A DNA stretch of 56,827 nucleotides, the filler included, from an uncultured virus (IMG/VR IMGVR_UViG_2049941000_000867) (taxonomy: Duplodnaviria; Heunggongvirae; Uroviricota; Caudoviricetes). It is 30 parts of one record of this genome, joined end to end, with 100 filler letters (N's around TTAATTAATTAA, not from the genome) between each part and the next. Parts side by side here need not be neighbours in the genome. Positions count along the whole stretch, not along the records: positions 34,294 to 36,644 come from IMGVR_UViG_2049941000_000867; positions 36,745 to 38,641 come from IMGVR_UViG_2049941000_000867; positions 38,742 to 40,335 come from IMGVR_UViG_2049941000_000867; positions 40,436 to 41,166 come from IMGVR_UViG_2049941000_000867; positions 41,267 to 42,131 come from IMGVR_UViG_2049941000_000867; positions 42,232 to 43,119 come from IMGVR_UViG_2049941000_000867; positions 43,220 to 44,587 come from IMGVR_UViG_2049941000_000867; positions 44,688 to 46,815 come from IMGVR_UViG_2049941000_000867; 22 more parts are not named here. One strand, given 5' to 3'. Below are positions 36,052 through 46,915 of this stretch, piece after piece (position 1 is the stretch's first letter; each line of letters opens with the position of its first letter). The notes beneath the pieces are model-generated. The model was given only the letters and a program-made list of their open reading frames with translations, ran no database searches and was not told where the DNA came from. A program made the translations under genes and the position numbers.

Positions 36052-36644
36052 GCCCACTCGCTACACTTCCAGAACGTGCGGGCCATCAGTTTCTTCGTCC
36101 AGTGAGCACAGTTATACCAGTGAGGCAGACAGATGGTGATGCCACCCTTTTTGCCAAAGTTCACATAACGGGTGCTCTGCTCCGCAATGTTGTTAGGCGA
36201 AGTGCGGTTCAGTTCGCGGCTGGTACTGATCTGTGTTGTCACACACACCGTATAACGAACCAGAGCCAATGCCGTGACAAAGTTCAGTTCATTGGCCTTG
36301 CCTACAAACTGCTGGAGTGTCACCTCGTAAGGCACCAGCTGTGACTCGATGCGAGGGTTATCCATGAGATACTGAAGGTTGGTAGAGACAAAGTAGTTGC
36401 GCGTCTTAGCCTTCTTATCCTTGTGATAGACGATGCCCACATAGGGCGAGTTATTCAGAGCCGTAAACATCCACAACGGGAAATGTTCTTTATCGGCTTC
36501 CTCAGAGTGCTGCACGTTAGGCACCACGAAATAGCGTGATCCATGCCGGAACATCGAGAGGTGGTTACGTTTCTTCAGCATTTCGCAGAAGTCCTCGGCA
36601 CTCTTCTGCCCACCTTCAGAGGCATAGCACAGACGGGCAGCACG
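36052..36644 (-). CDS. Hypothetical protein fragment (replication region)
   Basis: Open frame between gaps. Confidence 0.4.
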
Positions 36645-36744
36645 NNNNNNNNNNNNNNNNNNNNNNNNNNNNNNNNNNNNNNNNNNNNTTAATTAATTAA
36701 NNNNNNNNNNNNNNNNNNNNNNNNNNNNNNNNNNNNNNNNNNNN

Positions 36745-37282
36745 TGCCATTGTAATCCTCGCCAAAAAGTAACGTAAGCATTGCCTTCTGGCCGTCCTCG
36801 GTAGAGACATCAGCAGCAAAGACATCCACGATGTGCTCACGGGCTTTCAAAAAAGCCTGTTGCCACAACTGAGAGCGATTATTAACGAAGTTTTGAATGT
36901 CCTCAGACTTACCTTCCTGAGACCATTGCATCAGTTGTTTCGACTGGTTGGAAGTCAGCTCGGCCACGCCCAACTGCTCCATCTGACCCTCATAGTCACG
37001 GTTTACTTTGCCGGTATAGTTCTTTTCCAACAACACCTTTTGGCGGGCCTGGTATGCCGTATTTGCCTGTTTAGCATTGGCCAACTCATTCTCAGTAGCC
37101 TTACGCCATATCTGATCGAGCAATACGGAACCATTCTGCCCCAGCTCCTTAGAGAGCGTTTCAATCATCTTTTTCAGCTGGTCGATGTCATTGTGAATGA
37201 TATTGTCGAGCAACTTCGTTGACTGGTTGGTGCCATCGGCAGAAAGCGGCTCGTAGAGATCATCCATCATCGACTGACGGAA
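36745..37282 (-). CDS. Probable tape measure protein, internal fragment
   Basis: Helical Gln/Lys/Glu-rich frame near other tape measure pieces. Confidence 0.45.
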
Positions 37283-37313
37283 NNNNNNNNNNGGTTTGAT
37301 GAGATACATATTG

Positions 37314-37512
37314 TTAATACCTTAATGTGATTCCTGCTTCCTTGCAACGGGCAAAGAAGTAATTGATTGATATAGTCGTTGGATTACTGTTGTACTCAAA
37401 CTTCTTTTGACAGTCAGAAGCATTGTACTTATTGCTGATGGCCGACACGCGATGAAAGAACTGACTGCCCCAAGGCTCCGGCAGGCAGGCCAGCGACATG
37501 CCTATGCGGATC
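37314..37512 (-). CDS. PriCT-2 domain (primase C-terminal) fragment
   Basis: IRIGMSLA...G..FFHRVSAIS.KYN..DC.KKF...ISINYFF..CKEAGI. Confidence 0.75.
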
Positions 37513-38259
37513 NNNNNNNNNNNNNNNNNNNNNNNNNNNNNNNNNNNNNNNNNNNNNNNNNNNNNNNNNNNNNNNNNNNNNNNNNNNNNNNNNNNNNNNN
37601 NNNNNNNNNNNNNNNNNNNNNNNNNNNNNNNNNNNNNNNNNNNNNNNNNNNNNNNNNNNNNNNNNNNNNNNNNNNNNNNNNNNNNNNNNNNNNNNNNNNN
37701 NNNNNNNNNNNNNNNNNNNNNNNNNNNNNNNNNNNNNNNNNNNNNNNNNNNNNNNNNNNNNNNNNNNNNNNNNNNNNNNNNNNNNNNNNNNNNNNNNNNN
37801 NNNNNNNNNNNNNNNNNNNNNNNNNNNNNNNNNNNNNNNNNNNNNNNNNNNNNNNNNNNNNNNNNNNNNNNNNNNNNNNNNNNNNNNNNNNNNNNNNNNN
37901 NNNNNNNNNNNNNNNNNNNNNNNNNNNNNNNNNNNNNNNNNNNNNNNNNNNNNNNNNNNNNNNNNNNNNNNNNNNNNNNNNNNNNNNNNNNNNNNNNNNN
38001 NNNNNNNNNNNNNNNNNNNNNNNNNNNNNNNNNNNNNNNNNNNNNNNNNNNNNNNNNNNNNNNNNNNNNNNNNNNNNNNNNNNNNNNNNNNNNNNNNNNN
38101 NNNNNNNNNNNNNNNNNNNNNNNNNNNNNNNNNNNNNNNNNNNNNNNNNNNNNNNNNNNNNNNNNNNNNNNNNNNNNNNNNNNNNNNNNNNNNNNNNNNN
38201 NNNNNNNNNNNNNNNNNNNNNNNNNNNNNNNNNNNNNNNNNNNNNNNNNNNNNNNNNNN

Positions 38260-38642
38260 AGTGGCAAAGTCCGACAGGTTGCCATCGTCATAAGTGCGGA
38301 ATCCACGCCCTGAGAAGTTTTTGTCGAACTTCACAATCTCATTGATAAGGTCAGGACGCGCCATTTGCATGGCTGCTGTTGTTTCCCTACCAATCACCAT
38401 TTCAGGACCTTTCTCGCCCACGAGAGACGGCTGGCCATTGACCATGGTAGCGATAGGCTGTGTAACAATGCCCGTCTGAAGTTTACCTACCTGTTTAGCG
38501 TTATACACCTTGCCATCTGTACCGAGGACAGGGCTTGTAGTGTCACCGGATGGAGTGGAACCGCCACCGACAGACTGCACGTTACCACCGTCGTATGTCA
38601 GCATACCCGTGGCCAGCTTCACGTTAGGACCAGAATCAGCAN
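38260..38642 (-). CDS. Tape measure protein, C-terminal region fragment
   Basis: YDGG...LVGEKGPEMVIGRETT motif typical of tape measure C-termini. Confidence 0.7.
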
Positions 38643-38741
38643 NNNNNNNNNNNNNNNNNNNNNNNNNNNNNNNNNNNNNNNNNNNTTAATTAATTAANNN
38701 NNNNNNNNNNNNNNNNNNNNNNNNNNNNNNNNNNNNNNNNN

Positions 38742-38996
38742 GGAAGAGTTGGAAAGATTGTTTGTCACGGTAACAATCTTATCCATGTTGGCCTTACCCT
38801 CCTTCACGGCGATGGAGAGTTCCTTGATTTCGTGAGCCATCTGTTTTGCCCTCTCTGTGCCGGCCTTACCAGCGTCGGAGAGTTGCTTGTATGCAGCCTG
38901 AAGACGTTTCAGCTCCGTTTCCATAGCACGGATAGCGGCCTTTGGCTGTTGGGCGTTACAGGTAATGACTACCTCGGATTTCTTTGTATCTGCCAT
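38742..38996 (-). CDS. Tape measure protein, N-terminal fragment
   Basis: MADTKKSEVVITCNAQQ followed by coiled coil; preceded by a late-type promoter. Confidence 0.6.
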
Positions 38997-39017
38997 ATAA
39001 AATCACGTTTATTTTAG

Positions 39018-39090
39018 GCAAAGATAGTGCAGAAATAGCAGGAGGTAGGGACAAAGAGAAAACCCGCTGGATAACCAGCGGGCACAGTGG
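39018..39090 (-). promoter_or_regulatory. Hairpin/terminator (39062-39090) plus late-type promoter (39018-39055)
   Basis: Sense strand TAG-CCACTGTGCCCGCTGG-TTAT-CCAGCGGGTTTTCTCTTTGTCCCTACCTCCTGCTATTTCTGCACTATCTTTGC. Confidence 0.75.
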
Positions 39091-39120
39091 CTACAAATCG
39101 TACTCTATTANNNNNNNNNN

Positions 39121-40335
39121 ATCGGCAGCACGGACAAATTCGACCATGCCTTCCACACCGTATTTTCCAAATCCCATTTTACCGCCTTGGTACGCCAAAT
39201 CTGACAATTCCTGAATGCTTGTGCGCGTATCAAGTTTTGCTATGCTTTCAGCCAGTTCGTTCACATCCTTAGTGGCCAGTCCAGTCACCTTACGGATGTC
39301 TGCCAACTGGTCGGAGTAAGCCAGGTTACTACGGAGCATTTCTTGGAGCTTCTGCTGTGCCATCGAGAAGAGCTGGAACACTCCGAAGTACATGGAGATA
39401 TTTCTAAACGTCGTACTCCATGCAGAAGCCTGATTATTGATAGAGCGAGTAACACTGTCTATCTCACCACGAATCTTTTGTAGTTGCTTCTGGCGATCCT
39501 TATATTTTGCATCCTCACGATTCAGTTTCACCATTTCCTCTTCCAACTGCTTTGCAGCCTTACGAAGATTCTCCAATGGCTCTTTTTTGAGGTTACGCAT
39601 CACTTTGTCGATGTCAACGGCTTCACGGTCCACACCTTCGAGAGCCGTTTTCAGTTGCTTTGCCCAAGTAACCCACTTCTGACGGTTAGGGTCGTTAGCA
39701 GCCATCTTATCCAGTTGGTTACGGCATTGCTCCAAACCCTTACGGAGCTGTTCAGGAGAGGCGTTAGCCAGACTACCAACCAATTTCGTGATATCCTGCT
39801 CTATCTCCTGCACGGTCGGCTCAATCTGTTTCTCCTTACCGGCAATAACATCCAACTGCTCATCACATTTCTTCAGAGCGACATTACAGGCTTCAATTTC
39901 CCGTGCCACGTCACCACCAACAGGCATAATACCACCTTTACCTAACTGGTCACGGTAAGACGTGATAGAGGCACGAGCGGCACGGAGATCATCAGCAGTA
40001 GCACCACCATTCAATACGGTAGCCATTGCCCTATTCTGCTGTTCGGCCTGAAGCTGATGCAGAATATCCACCTGACGCTGATAGCCACTATTCGTTTTGT
40101 CAGTCTGAGCCACGAGCTGCTTCTGCTGATTGATGGCACGAGAGAGCCATGCGTCAGAAGTCTGGGAGAGATTGCCCATGTGCTTCTGGATGTTGACCAT
40201 TTCACCCTGAAGGATTTTGATTTGGTCGGTGATGGCCTTGTATTTCTGGCGCAGGTCATCGAGTTTAGGCGAATCGGTACTGACACGGCCCATTTCTTTC
40301 TTCACCTGGCGCAAAGCACGTTGCAGCTGTGACAG
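39121..40335 (-). CDS. Phage tail tape measure protein, fragment
   Basis: Long coiled coil then DQLADIRKVTGL...LDTRTSIQELSDLAYQGGKMG (PhageMin_Tail-like). Confidence 0.85.
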
Positions 40336-40435
40336 NNNNNNNNNNNNNNNNNNNNNNNNNNNNNNNNNNNNNNNNNNNNTTAATTAATTAANNNNNNNNN
40401 NNNNNNNNNNNNNNNNNNNNNNNNNNNNNNNNNNN

Positions 40436-41166
40436 GCTGCAACGTCACATTGTCGGTAGAGATATTACCAAGGAGCATCAGCAATGACGAAGCCTTGAAG
40501 CCGATAGCAAAGCCATCGGGGATGGTCAGCGGATTATCCACCTCTGCCAGCACCAGGTTCTCTGATGCCGTCTTCGAGAAGTCGTAGTCTTCAGCCGACA
40601 GGTTTAGGAACATACCCTCCTTGGAGAGCTTCACCATGTTTGACGCATCACTGGCCATCAGTTGCACACGCTTCACAGCACCAGCGAGAGCGGCCACAGG
40701 CAGGGTGGCATGATAGGGGCTGTTCTTTGGAATGACAGAGTTGTAGTTGGGGTACTTCTGTTCAATGTCGCGGATGGTAAAGGTGATATCACCAGCCTTC
40801 AGGCACACATGCTTNNNNNNNNNNCTGTCCTGCAATGGTGTTGGGAATAAGGATAACCACCTTACTGCCAGTCAGGAACGGTGCGCCATGCTGATAGGAA
40901 TACTTATAGAGCGAGTGGCCATCAGAGCCAACGAATACCACACCCTCATCCTGTACGTCAATGGCAACGGCAGACATCTGAGGGCGCAGCGTACTGTCAA
41001 TAGCCGTACAGCCGTTGGCCGCTTTCACAGCAGGGAAGAAAATATTGGCCTCGATGTCGAAAGAAGTCTTTGGCTCCTTTACGTCAGACACACGCGGATA
41101 TTCTGCACTGTCTTCGACAGGCACCGACACCTGGCCACTCTGGTAGATGATCTTAGCAATATGGTT
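40436..41166 (-). CDS. dnaN: DNA polymerase III beta sliding clamp, two fragments
   Basis: RPQMSAV...VGSDGHSL; IEQKYPNYNSVIP; LSAEDYDFSKTASE; IGFKAS.L. Confidence 0.85.
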
Positions 41167-41266
41167 NNNNNNNNNNNNNNNNNNNNNNNNNNNNNNNNNN
41201 NNNNNNNNNNTTAATTAATTAANNNNNNNNNNNNNNNNNNNNNNNNNNNNNNNNNNNNNNNNNNNN

Positions 41267-42131
41267 ATATTATCCGCAAAACGGTGCATCTTATTATAAT
41301 GCACGGGAGAGAACGGCACGGCACCATAGGGGAAACACACATGATACCAACGAGAACCAAACTGCTTGGGGTAGGTATGGCGCAAAGCCTTCATGTGATA
41401 ATAGGTGGCCACGGCATCAGGAGCCGACGGACAATAGATAATCGCCTTTGCCTTGATGTCTTTATCACGAAGCGGCACATCCACCAGCTCCATTTTCACG
41501 TTACCATTCTTATCTGAAGACTCCTGCCACTCCTGTTTTACCTCTGTNNNNNNNNNNCAGGCAGCGTCACCTTACCGACAGCTGAGATCTTAAAGTCGCG
41601 CTGGATGTCGGCAGGATCGAAATGCCAACCAGCATCCTTATTACCCGTCTCGAAACCGTAATGCTCCACACCGTCGTAGTCAAGCCATGTAGTACAGCCG
41701 AGTGCTGCAAGGTCCTGCGGTGTAAAACCAGTCTTCGGTTCAAAGGTAACACGCTCCTGGGGACGGATAGCCGTCTCTCGGTAGTCACGTTTCAGCAGTT
41801 GTGGCCATTTCTCGCCCACCTCTTCCTTGGTGTGACCGGCCAGCATAGCCAGCTGCAAGCAAGCCTGACGCAGATCTTCACCCACACAGATGAATGTCTG
41901 TGCTGAGTGACTATCCTTGCGCCACCAGTACCCCAGCCCCTTCATGGCGGCATAGAGTTCGATGGCACCATAGCCACCTCGCTTTGTCTTGGTGCAGAAC
42001 CAGTGTTCTACGGGTTTGCCGTACAGTCCACCACGCTTACGATTGTAGATAATGAAGTGTGGAGTAGAGCCGGCATTACCCTTACAGAACGGGCACCAAC
42101 ACGCCGTCTGGCCTTCCTCTGTCTGCTGGTC
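41267..42131 (-). CDS. Primase-like replication protein fragments (Zn-finger N-region)
   Basis: LCPFC...TPHFIIY...WFCTKT...GYGAIELYAA, and IIYCPSAPDA (TOPRIM-like) in the adjacent piece. Confidence 0.5.
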
Positions 42132-42231
42132 NNNNNNNNNNNNNNNNNNNNNNNNNNNNNNNNNNNNNNNNNNNNTTAATTAATTAANNNNNNNNNNNNN
42201 NNNNNNNNNNNNNNNNNNNNNNNNNNNNNNN

Positions 42232-42630
42232 GGCCGCCCACTGGTCTAACGTCTTCTGCGGCTTTGCCTGTTCCCATGTCAGGTGCTTCTTTGAGTAGAT
42301 CTTATTCCAGGTATTCGACGGATGGAAACGGTCATCAGGAATCACCAGGATGTCTGCACGGTACATACAGTTAGGCTCATAGAGAGCCGTACCATCCTTT
42401 GCCACCAGTTTCTTACGCCAAACACGCTCATCAGGTGTAGTCTCAAAAATCAGATAGTCAACACCGCCCTCAAAGAACTGGACGGGCTGCTCATAGTTAC
42501 AGGCACCATACTTCTTAGCATAGGCATCGGCACGATAGGCAGCCTGAACGACCTTGCGCCAGAACTTACCAAGGGCACGGCCTACCTTGCTATACTCATC
42601 ACATTTGTAGTAATAATATTGCTTTGCCAT
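42232..42630 (-). CDS. Hypothetical protein, 3-prime truncated
   Basis: ATG at 42630 downstream of a TATCTTTGC element. Confidence 0.55.
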
Positions 42631-42660
42631 TTTTGGGAACAGATTAAAAATCGGATTTCG

Positions 42661-42789
42661 GTTGCAAAGATAATGAATTTTAGGGGAAATCTGATTAAAA
42701 ATCTTGGTAAAAATGCAAAAATTGTTTCTTTTTACTAAATTAACTCTGTTTTAATTTGTCAAATCGGGGTTTTATTCGTATCTTTGCAA
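42661..42789. promoter_or_regulatory. Divergent Bacteroidetes primary-sigma promoters
   Basis: Plus strand TTTG-N20-TATCTTTGC ending near 42788; minus strand TATCTTTGC at about 42664-42672; AT-rich spacer. Confidence 0.65.
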
Positions 42790-42799
42790 NNNNNNNNNN

Positions 42800-43119
42800 C
42801 GCAGCCGGAACCGTGCGCCGAGACCAGTTGCTCAGATCGACATGAGCACACTGGAGGTGATTAAGATTTGGCCCAAGAAAGGTGCTGCTGAGAAAGAGCT
42901 TGGGATTTGGAACATTGACCGTGCCATCCTGAAAGGCCGTCCCGCCGGTGGCTTCTATTGGTGCGATGAGCAAGACATCGACTCTTTTAATCCTGCGGAT
43001 GATATGCGGGGGCGCGGGGCGAAAGCAAACGCGACAGCAAGACCATTGCCAGCGAGAAAGAAGGAGAAACCAAAGGAAAAAGCGGAGAAAGTAAAGAATC
43101 CCAAAGCCGACGCTTCAAA
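42800..43119 (+). CDS. NUMOD1-like DNA-binding domain protein, fragment
   Basis: PVAQID...VIKIWP...AEKELG..NI.RA...AGGFYW. Confidence 0.6.
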
Positions 43120-43689
43120 NNNNNNNNNNNNNNNNNNNNNNNNNNNNNNNNNNNNNNNNNNNNTTAATTAATTAANNNNNNNNNNNNNNNNNNNNNNNNN
43201 NNNNNNNNNNNNNNNNNNNGAATCACTTTACGAGGGTGGTAAAGTGCTGGTAGAGCAGAATGCGAAGCTGACCAGGAAACTCACTGAAATGCAAGATCCA
43301 TTCCGTTACAATCCCATGATTCAGATTAACGGTCAACACGTCCGTATGGAAACCCTCAGAAGTACAATGAAGAGAGAAAAGTCATTNNNNNNNNNNCTGA
43401 GTAAACAGGGATTCAAAGTGAATGAGAACATCAAAGACACGATTGTTGTCAGATGGGACTTTCCAAATCCATACGAAGAAGATCCTATTGAAGAGATAAA
43501 GACAGCCATCCTGCACCTTACGGAAGTTCAATGTAACATGACTAAGGCCATCTGCACAGGTGACGAAGAGGAAAAACGCCTTATCTCAGAAGAAATGGAT
43601 GTTATCATTGGGAATTTGCCAGAGTATTAAAACAACTCATCAGCACCTCTGTCACGCGCTGCTGCCCTACCCCATTTTGATAACCGACA

Positions 43690-44415
43690 ATGAAAAAGAT
43701 AGAACCATTCCCAGGCACCATCACCATGCAGACCGTCCCATCGGGGCGCAACATGGCCGGTATCACCAAAAAGATTGTGCTGGATGAAGCACAGACGGCA
43801 TGGCTACGCAAATGGTTTCCTGAGATAGAAAACTCCTGCATCATGCAGGCCAGCGGACTAAGCCATTCGACGCTCCACCGCTTTGCCCGTGAAATGGGAC
43901 TGCAAAAGAGCGAGAAAGGACTCCAGGGCATCAAGAGGCGACAGGCAGCACAGGTAAAGAAAGTATGCAAACGTAACGGCTACTACGCCTCACTGAAGGG
44001 CAAACAGCCAAGCGATGCCTGCAAGAGAGCAACCGCCCAAATGTGGCAAGAGATACGCGAAGGCAAGCGTGAGCATCCTGCACGGATTATGGCACGGGAG
44101 AATCCCAAGAAATACCGCCAATGGATGCAGCGAAAAAGTCAGTCCAGAAAAGAGGCTCATCGTAAGGAGATACTGAGAGTGACCTACGGACTGGACCGTA
44201 AGACCAAACTACACATCGTCATGTGTAAGTACACTAAGAGTCAGACATCCCACCGCTACAATGCCCTGCGTCGCGGATATATTCTGATGACAGACTGCTC
44301 AGAGCAAGGTGGTGAACGGTATAACATCTATTATGACAAAGATACCGAGCGAGCTGAGATATTCGAGCGTAACCTGATAGCAGACGGGTTTCATATTAAA
44401 GAATGGAAAGAATGA
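43690..44415 (+). CDS. Basic hypothetical protein, possibly DNA-binding
   Basis: Complete 241-aa Lys/Arg-rich ORF with the HTH-like GLSHSTLHRFAREMGL. Confidence 0.6.
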   Translation: MKKIEPFPGTITMQTVPSGRNMAGITKKIVLDEAQTAWLRKWFPEIENSCIMQASGLSHSTLHRFAREMGLQKSEKGLQGIKRRQAAQVKKVCKRNGYYASLKGKQPSDACKRATAQMWQEIREGKREHPARIMARENPKKYRQWMQRKSQSRKEAHRKEILRVTYGLDRKTKLHIVMCKYTKSQTSHRYNALRRGYILMTDCSEQGGERYNIYYDKDTERAEIFERNLIADGFHIKEWKE

Positions 44416-44962
44416 ACCAACTACTGATAGAATCATTCGAGATTAACGGTGCCAGGAAGGTATTGGAAAAGCTGCAACACGATTGGGCTTTTTCCATTAC
44501 CCCTGCCGTTAAACGTGGATGCAAGCCAAAGAATCCGGCACTTGATGACGGCCAGGAGCACTACGACTATTTCCCATTGGAAGCGCANNNNNNNNNNNNN
44601 NNNNNNNNNNNNNNNNNNNNNNNNNNNNNNNTTAATTAATTAANNNNNNNNNNNNNNNNNNNNNNNNNNNNNNNNNNNNNNNNNNNNCAAAGGAAATGTA
44701 AAACGTATCATCATTGAAGCAAAATAAATTTATGACAAACAAAGAAGCTGCACAGATTATCAGGACAGCTGTCCTGTATNNNNNNNNNNTCCCATTGGAA
44801 GCGCAATATCGCAAGTTGGCAGGCTATGCCATGATTCGTTTCCTGCTGGAGAGTAAAGAGAACATGCGCCGATGGCTGTATGAAGAATGCGAACTTACCT
44901 ATCATTGCGAAAAGGACAAAAAAGGAAATGTAAAACGTATCATCATTGAAGCAAAATAGATT

Positions 44963-45376
44963 ATGACAAACAAAGAAGCTGCACAGATTATCAGGACAGC
45001 TGTCCTGTATGAAGACGGAAAGAGTAAATGTAGCGACCAGGACATTAAGATTGCCTTGGAGATAGCTGCTGAATTGCTCGACAATCATCCTGAACACAAG
45101 ATTATCAATCGTGAGGAATACAAGAAACTGGAGCGTGTTGGCATACTGAATACAAGTGTACGGGGTTACAATCGCGGCAACAGTGACTACAGCCAGCATG
45201 TCATTCAGCCCTGGTCTATATGGATTGACTGGAACCTGAACCCCTGGGATGCAGACATCGTGAAGCGTGTACTCCGTACCAAACAAGGCGAGAGCCGTCT
45301 GCTGGACTACGAGAAGATCATCCACATCTGCGAAGAGCGTATCAGACAGATTAACTGCGAAAACGAACAGGAATGA
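44963..45376 (+). CDS. DUF3310-like phage protein
   Basis: GNSDYSQHVIQPW.IW...LNPWDADIVKRVLRTK...DYEKIIH. Confidence 0.6.
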   Translation: MTNKEAAQIIRTAVLYEDGKSKCSDQDIKIALEIAAELLDNHPEHKIINREEYKKLERVGILNTSVRGYNRGNSDYSQHVIQPWSIWIDWNLNPWDADIVKRVLRTKQGESRLLDYEKIIHICEERIRQINCENEQE

Positions 45377-45475
45377 TTGCAATAGACTATTTCCGCTCAA
45401 AGGAATTTGAAATACCTGCTGATTACAGGTACTACCGACATCTAAAAGGTAAAACCAAGTATAAAGTGAAACGAT

Positions 45476-45697
45476 ATGGCAAAGGAAGAAATCATCATAC
45501 CAAAGGAACTGGAAGAGGACGTTGAACATGTCACAAACAGCGAGTGGAATATGATAGAGGCCATCGGCACCAAGAGAGGAAACCAACACAAAGGTTTCCA
45601 TACTGTTTGCCTCATGGAAGAAACAGAGTTCAAAGCCTTCGTGAAAAGGCTCTTATCCACTGGCATCAATGCCGGTATTGAATACAGAAAAAAATAA
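45476..45697 (+). CDS. Hypothetical protein (73 aa)
   Basis: Complete small ORF in a co-oriented run. Confidence 0.5.
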   Translation: MAKEEIIIPKELEEDVEHVTNSEWNMIEAIGTKRGNQHKGFHTVCLMEETEFKAFVKRLLSTGINAGIEYRKK

Positions 45698-46454
45698 ATT
45701 ATGAGCGAANNNNNNNNNNNNNNNNNNNNNNNNNNNNNNNNNNNNNNNNNNNNNNNNNNNNNNNNNNNNNNNNNNNNNNNNNNNNNNNNNNNNNNNNNNN
45801 NNNNNNNNNNNNNNNNNNNNNNNNNNTTATGAGCGAACATAAGGTTTACATAATACCCAGGGAGCAGGTAGTGAAGATTGCCGAGACAAAACGAATGATT
45901 TTGGTGCCGGACAAAATTCCCGACCACATNNNNNNNNNNTCCGTCATGCTGGATGGTCAGCGTCTCAACACCGGCAAAGGGAGCCTGAAGNNNNNNNNNN
46001 TGCAGCAGCTCTGCGCCCGCACCAACAAACGTCCTGGCGGCTTCCACATCATCCATGCAGTCATCTAGCCGTCCGTATCCGAGAGCATAATACCGACTCT
46101 TTTCATGGGGCCTCCTTGACACCATTTTCTGCGAATGATACTATAGTATCATGCAATCGCCGCATATTCAAGGAAATCAGNNNNNNNNNNCAGATTACCA
46201 TAGCGGGCCTGGAACAGCGCGTTAATCAGGCAATGGAAGCCGTAGTTAGCCAATCCCCACTCAGAACCGAGCAACTGAGNNNNNNNNNNTCAGATACAGG
46301 TGCTGGAAAAGACCTGTCCTCAGTGCGGGCATGAGATTGAGATCTTCACCGTGGATACGGAGGCCGTCTGCGAAAACTGCGGNNNNNNNNNNTTCCGATT
46401 CTTAATATATGAGTAGAGGCTTTCATAGTCTCTGCTCTTTCTTTNNNNNNNNNN

Positions 46455-46570
46455 ACCCAGCAGCGTCAGGCGGTAGTACTTTTCCCTGCTGCGCGTCCAT
46501 GCGCTGTCCGGGCAGGCCAGGACGCATTCGCCGCAGCCGATGCACTTTTTATGATCGCGCTCCGGGCGGA
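46455..46570 (-). CDS. 4Fe-4S ferredoxin-domain fragment, likely foreign
   Basis: CIGCGECVLACP; GC-rich 116-nt piece among several unrelated tiny fragments. Confidence 0.55.
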
Positions 46571-46915
46571 NNNNNNNNNNATCATAGAGAAAGGAACCGA
46601 CGGAAGCGAAATGAAAGTGATTAACCATCCAAACAGAGCCTTCAAACAGCGTGTGAAAGAGCTGCTGCGTATGTATGGGGAAAGCAATAATGACAACATC
46701 CACGAAATCAATGCAGCATTAGACCATCTAAAAAGAATGATTTGCCCATGATTGCAATAGACTACTTCCGCTCAAAGGAATTTGAAATACCTGCTGATTA
46801 CAGGTACTACCGACANNNNNNNNNNNNNNNNNNNNNNNNNNNNNNNNNNNNNNNNNNNNTTAATTAATTAANNNNNNNNNNNNNNNNNNNNNNNNNNNNN
46901 NNNNNNNNNNNNNNN

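Noticed and set aside
10587..39090. Hairpin repeats as a CRISPR array
   Set aside because: They are dispersed, not regularly spaced with unique spacers, and there are no cas genes.
26650..46279. Possible DGR template/variable repeat pair (46191-46279 versus about 26650-26735 in the CLec-like fibre gene)
   Set aside because: The differences are synonymous rather than adenine-specific, the copy is an isolated 89-nt piece between gaps, and no reverse transcriptase is visible; it is a strain variant.
45940..46570. Ferredoxin and other tiny fragments as auxiliary metabolic genes
   Set aside because: Unrelated pieces of about 30-160 nt with no sequence link to phage genes; probably filler from other organisms.
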